From positions 7,474-56,307 of the forward strand of contig CAZIIR010000002.1 in the NCBI GenBank assembly GCA_964539475.1: a stretch of DNA of 48,834 nucleotides. The letters are read 5' to 3'. The position numbers and the translations under genes are program-made. This document shows, piece after piece, positions 32,855 to 40,530 of the stretch (its first letter is position 1; each line of letters begins with the position of its first letter). This DNA is from an uncultured Candidatus Saccharibacteria bacterium. Lineage in GTDB: Bacteria; Patescibacteriota; Minisyncoccia; Phycocordibacterales; XYD1-FULL-46-19. Under the pieces are notes generated by a model. The model did no database searches. It saw only the letters and a list, made by a program, of their open reading frames with translations, and had not been told where the DNA came from.

Positions 32855-34564
32855 CTATTTGCGTTTCAGTGAAGGTTGTATCATCTTCAGGTAGTCGAGA
32901 CGTTCACTGACCGTGTCTTCGTCATCCAGATTAAAGACCAGGGCGATCTTCGATAGCGGCAATTTAAGCCGTCGTCGGAGTTCATACATAGCCGTCATCT
33001 GAACAAATCGGGCTCGGGAGCCAACCTCACTATAAGCCACAATTGACGCCACATCAGTCTGTTGCTGTTTGGCTACCATTTCCAATACTTCTGTTACTAA
33101 CTCCTCCTCGGTCTTGTTTTCTCGGGTCCACTCCTTAGACTTTTCTCCCACTTTGATCCTCGTCTTCTGAATCAAGTATGGTTCTCTCGTCTTTGGGTAC
33201 TCCGATCGAACTTTCTCCCAAACATCCCGACTACGTAGTTTGTCGAGCGACTTCTCTATTCTCTGCCGGATCCGCTCCCGCGTGACGCCAAAGTATCCTC
33301 CGATTTCTTCCAGTGTTTGGGGGTGCTTCCCACCACAACCGAAGTACATCTCTAGACACTTCTGGTCAACTTCAGGCAAATTAGCCGCCAACACTTCTGC
33401 AACCACGTTACTGGTCTCTACCACTGACAACGTGTCACTTACCCGCTCCGAACCGTCTCCAATTCTCTCGGACAGCGACCTCTCATCGTCTTCTGCGTTG
33501 GGGGCATCAAAAGAAACAGTTGCTCCAGAACACAACACCAACATCTCTTCCAGCTTGTCGATATCGATTTCCGCAAACTCTGAGAGTTGGTCAAGCGTAG
33601 GTGGACGCCCAAGTTTTGTAGTCAATTCCTTTCTCAACCGCCAGATGTTCCTGACGGACGACGACAAATGAATAGGTATCCGTACCGGCCCAGCGGCATT
33701 CTGGATTGCCCGGTCGACTCTTTGCCGTACCCATTGCATCGCGTACGTACTAAAGCGAAAGCCTCGAGTATAGTCGTACATCTCCACGGCTCTCATTAGG
33801 CCCATAGCTCCCTCTTGATCGAGATCGTCGAGATCAAGCATGACAACTTTTTGTGGCTCTAACCTCCCATAGTTCATCAAAGCCATTTTCCGAGCCAAGC
33901 CAAGGTTTGCCGCCACAATAGCGTTTCGAGCGACCAGCTTTTCTTCTTCCGTACCTACCCGATAAGCCTTAAACAGCGGGAACTGCTCTCCTATCAGTCT
34001 CGACGCTGCCTCATCCTCCTCTGCTGTTGGTACCGGTAGAGACAAAAGCGGCTGGTCTCGGTCTTTAGCAAAACCCAACAGATCGGTTTCTTCCGGCCTA
34101 AATTCAAGGTCAAAATGTGCCAAACGGATTTTAACTTCGTCGAGCACATCCCGACCACTGCTATATTTCAGTTTCCTTACCATCGTCCGACCAGTTTTGA
34201 GTTCGCAAAAAAGCCGATCCAATTCTTCTTCGGTTCGAGCGGTCAGGTCTCGAACGACCTGAATCCCCGCGGACCAAAGAAAGAGTTTTGCCCGATTAGA
34301 CAGGACCAACTCTTCAATTGGATTGTCCAAAAACCCGTCATGCAAGCGGTCAGACCGGGGATCCTGCGCAACAGCTTTGGTGGGAATCATTACCTCATTC
34401 AACAAAGCAAAAAGTTCGCTGTCAGGATTGACAACAACACTTTTCTTCCCAAATCCTCGGACATAAAGGCCCGATCGTTTGAGGTCGACCTCAACCTGAA
34501 TGCGACGTGATCGCTTGTCAGGCAAGGTCAGTCTCAGCATTCCTTTCAGCAAGAGAGACTGCAC
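32855..34564 (-). CDS. Sigma-70 family factor (RpoD-like regions 2-4) with extra N-terminal and C-terminal domains
   Basis: Region 2 reads DLDQEGAMGLMRAVEMYDYTRGFRFSTYAMQWVRQRVDRAI and VRIPIHL. Region 4 reads LEEIGGYFGVTRERIRQRIEKSLDKLR. The core is flanked by about 200 extra N-terminal and 120 extra C-terminal residues. The start is GTG 34564 or ATG 34540. Confidence 0.9.
   Translation of the reverse strand: MQSLLLKGMLRLTLPDKRSRRIQVEVDLKRSGLYVRGFGKKSVVVNPDSELFALLNEVMIPTKAVAQDPRSDRLHDGFLDNPIEELVLSNRAKLFLWSAGIQVVRDLTARTEEELDRLFCELKTGRTMVRKLKYSSGRDVLDEVKIRLAHFDLEFRPEETDLLGFAKDRDQPLLSLPVPTAEEDEAASRLIGEQFPLFKAYRVGTEEEKLVARNAIVAANLGLARKMALMNYGRLEPQKVVMLDLDDLDQEGAMGLMRAVEMYDYTRGFRFSTYAMQWVRQRVDRAIQNAAGPVRIPIHLSSSVRNIWRLRKELTTKLGRPPTLDQLSEFAEIDIDKLEEMLVLCSGATVSFDAPNAEDDERSLSERIGDGSERVSDTLSVVETSNVVAEVLAANLPEVDQKCLEMYFGCGGKHPQTLEEIGGYFGVTRERIRQRIEKSLDKLRSRDVWEKVRSEYPKTREPYLIQKTRIKVGEKSKEWTRENKTEEELVTEVLEMVAKQQQTDVASIVAYSEVGSRARFVQMTAMYELRRRLKLPLSKIALVFNLDDEDTVSERLDYLKMIQPSLKRK
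32879..33106 (-). other. DnaA domain IV-like segment at the sigma factor C-terminus (aa about 487-562)
   Basis: The segment is VLEMVAKQQQTDVASIVAYSEVGSRARFVQMTAMYELRRRLKLPLSKIALVFNLDDEDTVSERLDYLK. Compare the dnaA-like gene in this window: [40 protein letters not shown]. Confidence 0.5.
34100..34333 (-). other. AlphaCTD-like segment inside the sigma factor (aa about 78-155)
   Basis: The segment is LDNPIEELVLSNRAKLFLWSAGIQVVRDLTARTEEELDRL....SGRDVLDEVKIRLAHFDLEF. Confidence 0.55.
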
Positions 34565-34649
34565 TGTTTACCATCCTTTCTGTACGTTAAAGTTGAGTTG
34601 TCAAAAAATCAGTTACTGCCAAGAAGTCTCCCATCAATATAGAGAGACG

Positions 34650-34685
34650 TCAATATTGACATAATATCCTATACATTATAGGATA
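34650..34685. promoter_or_regulatory. Palindromes in the divergent sigma / zinc-protein promoter region
   Basis: tcaatattga (34650-34659) is a perfect 10-nt palindrome that overlaps TTGACA (34656-34661). tatcctata-cat-tataggata (34665-34685) is a 9-nt inverted repeat. It carries TATAAT on the minus strand and TAGGAT on the plus strand. Confidence 0.55.
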
Positions 34686-34717
34686 CCAAAGGATATTTCA
34701 CCTTTAGGAGGGTTAGC

Positions 34718-35383
34718 ATGAGTAAAATCTTTTGTCAGATCGTCGGACATGACATCAAAGCTCAGACTTGCCTTTCCACTCAAGGTCAAGAAAGGTGCTT
34801 TGGTTGCGCGTCCCTATATCGCCTGTGTGAAATGTGCAAACACCGACCTGTCTCGGTCTCGATGACCGGATTGTGCGATGACTGCCTTCACATTAGATTG
34901 TCTCAGGAAAAAACCCCGGTGCCACCGTTACAAAAAAGCACCATGGTAACCTGCCAAGTGTTGTCACGAACAACAAGTGTAGCAGTCTGTGTAGCTACCC
35001 AAGGCCAGTCAGGTTGCCGGGGCTGTAGTGAGCCGGCTCGACTCTGTGAATTTTGCAAACAACGGACCGCTCAATTAGCACGCTTAGGCCTCTGCTTGTC
35101 GTGTGCTGTTCAAGAGTTTGCTCCCGAATGGAAATGGCTGGGACCATCAGATGAAAATCATAAGGTCCCGTTACCACTCCAAGCAAAGATTCCGGAATTA
35201 AACCAAAACCTGAGCGACCAAGACAAGACCACGCCCAACCAATTTAGCCTTGAAACAAAAATCAAACGGCTGGAGGGGTTAGCCAAGAGCATTGGCGACG
35301 GCAAAATCTTGTCTCAATTAATAAGGGAGGTAATCGAAGATTTAAAGGCACTAGAGGCACTGCGGAAAAATGAATCACTGTGA
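34718..35383 (+). CDS. Cysteine-rich protein with two identical-spacing 8-Cys zinc modules and a C-terminal coiled coil
   Basis: Cys residues are at 6, 18, 27, 30, 37, 40, 53 and 56, and again at 79, 91, 100, 103, 110, 113, 126 and 129. The spacing C-x11-C-x8-C-x2-C-x6-C-x2-C-x12-C-x2-C is the same in both modules. AGGAGGG lies 5 nt before the ATG and a terminator follows. Confidence 0.75.
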   Translation: MSKIFCQIVGHDIKAQTCLSTQGQERCFGCASLYRLCEMCKHRPVSVSMTGLCDDCLHIRLSQEKTPVPPLQKSTMVTCQVLSRTTSVAVCVATQGQSGCRGCSEPARLCEFCKQRTAQLARLGLCLSCAVQEFAPEWKWLGPSDENHKVPLPLQAKIPELNQNLSDQDKTTPNQFSLETKIKRLEGLAKSIGDGKILSQLIREVIEDLKALEALRKNESL

Positions 35384-35417
35384 GGGTCCGGATTATCTAT
35401 ATCCGGCCCTCTTTTTT
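35384..35417 (+). terminator. Intrinsic terminator
   Basis: agggtccggat / atccggccct stem with one bulge, followed by cttttttata. Confidence 0.75.
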
Positions 35418-35477
35418 ATATATTAAAAGGCGGAATCCAGGGGACCCCGCCTTAGTCAAATCAAATCTTTTCAGTCG

Positions 35478-36335
35478 TTACGAGACCTTTTCTTCCAGCT
35501 GTTTCAATCCCTGCTGGATTTGCTCTTCCAGAAGAGCGAGCTGTTTGAATAGGGTCTTCCTCTCGTCTGAAGTCTTCAACTTGGAAAAATCATAAGACTC
35601 CAGCCCGTCGTAGAGGTTGATGACGAGCGACGACAAACGGTTATAACTCATCGCCTGTTCACCGTTGCCTGTAGACTTGTGTCGCCCCTTTTTGCCACCA
35701 TCAGACTGGGACTGCTGTTGCAGGCTGCCGCGAAGTTGGTCGGGACTGAACCCGAAACGTACCGCTTGTTCGGCCGCCTTGTATCGAACCTTGTTTGGAA
35801 CTTCGAGCAGAACTTTCGCGTGAGAAAGGTTCAGGGCCCCGTCGTCCAGGAACTTCTGCACCGCTTCTGGCAGTTCGAGCAGGGCGAGCCTTTCGTTGAT
35901 GAACAACTCACTCTTGCCGATCTCGGCCGACGTCTGCTTGATGTCCCCACCTTGGTCAGCGACCAAGTCTTTCAAAGCCTCCGCCTCTTCGATCAAAGTC
36001 AGGTCTTCACGCTGGATATTTTCCACGAGAGCTCCGCGACGCGCTTCCTTGTCGCTGGCTTTTCTGAGGATCGACTTAATCTCCAGCAGGCCCAACAGTT
36101 TGTGCGCCCGAAGACGGCGATCGCCCATCAGAAGTTGGAACTCGCCCTCCTTCACTTGCCTCACAACAATCGGCTCATTCAGCCCGTCTTTCTTGATCGA
36201 GGCCGCCAGTTCGGCGATTTTGGTCTCGTCGAACTTTCTCCGCGGTTGGTAGGGATTCGGTTCGATTTTATCAACCGGTAACATCAACAGCTTGTCTGTC
36301 GGTTTGGACTCTTTCGCAGTAGCCATGATTGGCAA
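35478..36335 (-). CDS. ParB/Spo0J-type partition protein (no adjacent parA)
   Basis: The ParB N-terminal domain reads PNPYQPRRKFDETKIAELAASIKKDGLNEPIVV and has the arginine patch MGDRRLRA. The HTH region is ENIQREDLTLIEEAEAL. AAAGGAG lies upstream. The promoter is TTGACC-17-TAGAAG. Confidence 0.85.
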   Translation of the reverse strand: MPIMATAKESKPTDKLLMLPVDKIEPNPYQPRRKFDETKIAELAASIKKDGLNEPIVVRQVKEGEFQLLMGDRRLRAHKLLGLLEIKSILRKASDKEARRGALVENIQREDLTLIEEAEALKDLVADQGGDIKQTSAEIGKSELFINERLALLELPEAVQKFLDDGALNLSHAKVLLEVPNKVRYKAAEQAVRFGFSPDQLRGSLQQQSQSDGGKKGRHKSTGNGEQAMSYNRLSSLVINLYDGLESYDFSKLKTSDERKTLFKQLALLEEQIQQGLKQLEEKVS

Positions 36336-36504
36336 TCTCCTTTTTGTTGACCCAGAACAATAGCTGATTAACTTCTAACATACGAATTGATAGGGGTCAA
36401 ATACTCCTTGACTAGTGAACATAACTAATACATAATCTAAAAAGACCCTGTCCTCTAACAACCACCGCAACACTGAAAGCACGAGCCAGAAAGGAGGTGA
36501 AGTC

Positions 36505-38343
36505 GTGATAGTCCCTTACCCATATCAAGCCGAATGTCTTAAGGCCGTAGAAGAAACCCTTTCCCAAGGGCGTAAAAAAGCTCTGATTGTAATGGCAAGC
36601 GGTCTGGGTAAAACCATCACGGCTGCCTTAACTTTCAAAGCTTTCTGTTGTAAACAACCTGGGAGTCGCCTTCTTTTCTTATGTCACCAAAATGACATCT
36701 TGGAACAGGCATCGATCGAATTCCGACGAGTCCTGGGCGACACCTACACTTACGGACTCTTTACTGGTCGTGACAAAATTCTCTACCATGAAGCGGATTG
36801 TCTGTTTGCATCGTTCCAAACAATGCAACGGAAAAAACAACAGTTCGACAAGGACGATTTTGATGTGATCATTGTTGACGAGAGTCACCATACTCACGCC
36901 AAGACGTATCTACCGACCGTTCGATACTTCCGTCCGACCTTTTTGTTGGGAATAACGGCTACACCGGAGCGGTCAGACCTGCTGGACATTCGCCATGTTT
37001 ATGGACGAGAGATATTCAATCTCGACCTCCATCAAGCGATCGCCAGAAGACTCCTGACACCAGTGCATTACGTCCTCTTGATGGATGAGATCAGACGGTC
37101 AAAAACGATCAAGACGCCAGAAGGCATGATGTCCATTGCCAAGCTCAACAAGATGCTTTTTGTGCCAAAACGAGACAAGGAGATTGTCAGGATTATCAAG
37201 CAATACCAAGATAGGCTTGATGACCCCCGGACAATTATCTTTTGTCAGTCGATTGAGCACAGTCGGCGACTGGAAAAGTTACTGGGAGGAGCACTACTGA
37301 TTCACAATGCGGTCAAACCAGCAGACCGCAAACAACGGTTACTTCAGTTCCGTCAGTCTGGTGGCACAATTGTTACCATCGACATGTTCAACGAAGGGAT
37401 TGACGTTCCTTCAACCAACTTGATTGTGTTTCTTCGTTCAACATCTTCACCCAGAATCTTCTACCAACAACTTGGCCGCGGACTGCGTAAGTCACCGGGA
37501 AAGAAAGAGGTGACCATATTAGATTTAGTGGGAAATGTCGAACGTATCGAGACCATCCACAAGCTCAAACAGATGGTGGAAGCCGAGCAAGAGTTACTGA
37601 AAAGAGAATCGACCAGCAAACACAAAAGGTCCAGATACGACCAAGAGCCTCTGGAAGTTGAAACTGGGGAGATTAGTTTCGACGAGGTGATTGTTCCTAT
37701 TTTACACTGCCTTAAGTTCTTACGCCGGACTTACAACTCTGTCGATCTGGTTGAAGAACTACGGCAAATGGCGAACAAGCTTGGACGGAATATTACCGTT
37801 GCGGACATTCAGGAGGCACATAAAAAAGATAGGAGCGCTGGCTTACATCTTTTTTACAAAAACTTCGGTAGTATCGCCAATGCACGAGAAGCGGCCGGAT
37901 TAGATCCTGGCAGAAGGAGCTACACCGAGAGTGAAGATCTGACCGAGATGTTGAAAAAACTCGGGAAAGATTTGGGGCGTACCCCTAACGCCAACGACAT
38001 TAAGCGGGCTTCAAAAGCCGGCCTATGTCCTAGTGTAGGGACCTACATCAAGTTCTTTGGCTCGGTTGGTGCAGCACAATCTGCCGCCGGGTTTAAACCA
38101 AACCCTCATGGTTTCGACCCAGACAGAGCTTACCAAGGGTGGTTTACAGACGAAAACCTTATTGAGTATTACCAACAGCTCGAGAGAGAACTGGGAAGGA
38201 GACCCCGTCAGAGAGATATTCAATCTCGCTATAGACGAGGCGAGACCCCGGCTTACAGATCATACTTCCAACATTTTTCTAACTTCGCCAACATGCATCG
38301 CATAATTGCGGAGCGAGAAAAAGAAACCGAGAGGAAGGATTAA
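36505..38343 (+). CDS. Superfamily-2 helicase (ResIII/DEAH type) with three C-terminal tandem repeats
   Basis: Motif I is MASGLGKT, motif II is IIVDESHH, motif III is GITATPER and motif VI is QQLGRGLR. The start is GTG with GGAGG 7 nt upstream. Confidence 0.9.
   Translation: MIVPYPYQAECLKAVEETLSQGRKKALIVMASGLGKTITAALTFKAFCCKQPGSRLLFLCHQNDILEQASIEFRRVLGDTYTYGLFTGRDKILYHEADCLFASFQTMQRKKQQFDKDDFDVIIVDESHHTHAKTYLPTVRYFRPTFLLGITATPERSDLLDIRHVYGREIFNLDLHQAIARRLLTPVHYVLLMDEIRRSKTIKTPEGMMSIAKLNKMLFVPKRDKEIVRIIKQYQDRLDDPRTIIFCQSIEHSRRLEKLLGGALLIHNAVKPADRKQRLLQFRQSGGTIVTIDMFNEGIDVPSTNLIVFLRSTSSPRIFYQQLGRGLRKSPGKKEVTILDLVGNVERIETIHKLKQMVEAEQELLKRESTSKHKRSRYDQEPLEVETGEISFDEVIVPILHCLKFLRRTYNSVDLVEELRQMANKLGRNITVADIQEAHKKDRSAGLHLFYKNFGSIANAREAAGLDPGRRSYTESEDLTEMLKKLGKDLGRTPNANDIKRASKAGLCPSVGTYIKFFGSVGAAQSAAGFKPNPHGFDPDRAYQGWFTDENLIEYYQQLERELGRRPRQRDIQSRYRRGETPAYRSYFQHFSNFANMHRIIAEREKETERKD
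37732..38304 (+). repeat. Three tandem repeats of about 55-65 aa resembling the homing-endonuclease-associated repeat
   Basis: The three units are LVEELRQMANKLGRNITVADIQ...FYKNFGSIANAREAAGL, LTEMLKKLGKDLGRTPNANDIK...YIKFFGSVGAAQSAAGF and LIEYYQQLERELGRRPRQRDIQ...YFQHFSNFANMHRI. Confidence 0.6.
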
Positions 38344-38344
38344 T

Positions 38345-38380
38345 GCCTGTCATAAGTACCAACTTGTGGCAGGCCTTTTT
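38345..38380 (+). terminator. Intrinsic terminator after helicase
   Basis: gcctgtca / tggcaggc stem with one G-U pair, followed by cttttt. Confidence 0.6.
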
Positions 38381-38416
38381 GTTCTATTTTTACAACAGAA
38401 AATGAGCCAATAAATC

Positions 38417-38977
38417 TTATATGATAGATTTGTGGTTAAAATGAAAATATTCCCCCAATTTTCCCATTTCAAATCCATGGTCTTTCATTATTTCCACTAC
38501 CTGCTCCTGTAAACCTTGATAATAAAGACTACGGTCATCAGTCTTATTTTTATAAAATCCAAAAATTAATGCCTCAGGATCATCTTTGCCATCCCGCATA
38601 AATACTTCTTTATTTTTTTCCATATCCCACAAGGCTACATCAACGGCTTTGCCGGTCGTATGATACATATCTTTTATGTTGAGAAGTTTATCGGTCTGTT
38701 CTTGACCAAATCTCGCTACCCGCTTGTCATACACCAGACGATAGAGTGCTGACGAACGATAGCCTTCTTTTATATACAACCGATAACCAAGCTTTTTCTG
38801 AAATTGACTGTCAACCTCAAGGAGAAGAGAAATTATATCCTGGTGGACTTGTACGCGATCATCTTTTAAACCAACTTTAGTCAACTCTTCTTTTGATATG
38901 TCATAAGCTTCCGCCTTGTGCCAATAGAAGTTGCTACCTAAGAGTCCATATTCATCTATATAAACAAAATTATCCAT
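38417..38977 (-). CDS. M15-family D-Ala-D-Ala dipeptidase (VanX-like)
   Basis: Segments IKEGYRS, MYHTTGKAVDVALWD and EYFHF resemble the Zn-ligand pattern of VanX/M15D. Confidence 0.65.
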   Translation of the reverse strand: MDNFVYIDEYGLLGSNFYWHKAEAYDISKEELTKVGLKDDRVQVHQDIISLLLEVDSQFQKKLGYRLYIKEGYRSSALYRLVYDKRVARFGQEQTDKLLNIKDMYHTTGKAVDVALWDMEKNKEVFMRDGKDDPEALIFGFYKNKTDDRSLYYQGLQEQVVEIMKDHGFEMGKLGEYFHFNHKSII

Positions 38978-38978
38978 G

Positions 38979-39530
38979 TTAAATATTCCTTAACTCCTCT
39001 TTAGTTGGATCTGAAGTCATAAAAGAAATAGTACCCGCTTCAGCCTTATCGAGATTTAAAATACCCCCAAGATGGTCGTACTCGTGCTGCAGGAGCCTAG
39101 CTAAAAACCCATCTGCTTTTTTTGTCTGCCTTTCTCCTTTTTCATCCATATATTCTAGGGTTATTGACCTAGGTCTTTTTACATCTCCCGAGACATAACC
39201 ACAGCTAATGCAAAGCTCACGGTACAGATTTTCTTCTTTTGATAACTCAACGAGTTGCGGGTTTATATATGTTTTAAATACATTATCAGAGTAGGTCACA
39301 AAGACGCGTTTACTGATTCCAACCTGAGGAGCCGCTAGCCCCCGACCAAGACCAGTTATATCTCGATACAAAAGGAGCGTTTTTTGTAACTTTTCTGATA
39401 TATCCAAAGCTTCGGCCAGTTCCACCTCTTCAGCCGGCTGCCGAAGCACCTCCTCGCCCATATAGGTTATCTCTGGGCATTTTATGATAACCTCATTTAG
39501 CTTTTCATTTAGTTGGGAGATGGGGGTCAT
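38979..39530 (-). CDS. def: Peptide deformylase
   Basis: Motif 1 is GLAAPQVG. The motif 2 region is a variant, ELCISCG. Motif 3 is QHEYDHLGG. Confidence 0.9.
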   Translation of the reverse strand: MTPISQLNEKLNEVIIKCPEITYMGEEVLRQPAEEVELAEALDISEKLQKTLLLYRDITGLGRGLAAPQVGISKRVFVTYSDNVFKTYINPQLVELSKEENLYRELCISCGYVSGDVKRPRSITLEYMDEKGERQTKKADGFLARLLQHEYDHLGGILNLDKAEAGTISFMTSDPTKEELRNI

Positions 39531-39847
39531 ATAACTTCAATTGGATATACATCTGTCGCTGGCTCTTCGTAAGGATGTACCTCTCGAATTGCATTTAGTA
39601 CATCCTGCAGCTTATCTGCTGAACAGATAGTCTCGATACGGTCTTCGGAAACTTCTTCAAGTTTACCCACAAATCCGATGGTAGGGTTCGCTCCTTCCTC
39701 GGGTTTGAAACGACCAGTACCTTTAAGGGTAAAAGTACAGTGAGAATAGTTTCCTATTTTTCCAGCACCAGCATTCCCTATAGCCTCACGCAATTTATCT
39801 GCGTGATCCTCTGGAACGTATACAACTATTTTGTAACGCTTAGTCAT
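39527..39847 (-). CDS. Small PII-like protein (NIF3/YqfO C-terminal-type, COG3323-like)
   Basis: 106 aa. The pattern is YKIVVYVPEDHADKLREAIGNAGAGKIGNYSHCTF...GRFKP..GANP.IG......V.E.RIE.....D....V..AI...HPYEEPA.DVYP. Confidence 0.55.
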   Translation of the reverse strand: MTKRYKIVVYVPEDHADKLREAIGNAGAGKIGNYSHCTFTLKGTGRFKPEEGANPTIGFVGKLEEVSEDRIETICSADKLQDVLNAIREVHPYEEPATDVYPIEVI

Positions 39848-39860
39848 TTTTTATAATTTA

Positions 39861-40517
39861 CTAAATCTCAAAATTCCTTAATTCTTCTAATTTTTTATTT
39901 ACTGCTTCGTCTGATATGTACTCGGGCCTAATAGTCGACTTGGCAAAGACTTGCCGCTCGACTTCTCTTAAAGTATTAGCTAGAACATCATACCGGTCCG
40001 TCGCTATCGCTTTGTCTGTCCGCCCGGCATACCTTTTCCGGCCTTCGGCCAGCCTTTCCTCGACCGAAATCACACCATGGGGACCGACCCGCATATCCGA
40101 GTAGGCGCAAATCTTTTTGGCCAAAGACTGATCCCCCTCCGTCTCTTCTAGTTTAGTAAATCCGACCTGATTGGCATAGGCCTTAATATTTTCTGACTGT
40201 ACTAATTCGGCGATGATGCTTTGAGTGGCGTGGTGCTCATCAATGCCGTATTTTTCTATATACTCGTCTTTCACCTTCTGCCAATAAGCCAAACCTTCCG
40301 GCTCGAGGAACTCCGGGAAGTAGTTCAGATTGAACTTGATAATATTGCCCATATCATGCAAAAGACAAGTCGTGACTACTTCCTTGGTTTCGTCAAAACC
40401 CGGAATCGATTCGGCAATCATCTGCCCCACCGCCGCCACCCGCAGCTGATGAAGCTGCAAGTTGGGCATTATTTTGTATTGAGAGTAGATTTGATGAAGG
40501 GGTATAGCTTTTTTCAT
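39861..40517 (-). CDS. HD domain phosphohydrolase
   Basis: The H...HD motif (LHQLRVA ... CLLHDMGN) is present, and the length is typical of the family. Confidence 0.7.
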   Translation of the reverse strand: MKKAIPLHQIYSQYKIMPNLQLHQLRVAAVGQMIAESIPGFDETKEVVTTCLLHDMGNIIKFNLNYFPEFLEPEGLAYWQKVKDEYIEKYGIDEHHATQSIIAELVQSENIKAYANQVGFTKLEETEGDQSLAKKICAYSDMRVGPHGVISVEERLAEGRKRYAGRTDKAIATDRYDVLANTLREVERQVFAKSTIRPEYISDEAVNKKLEELRNFEI

Positions 40518-40530
40518 ATTAGTTATAGAT

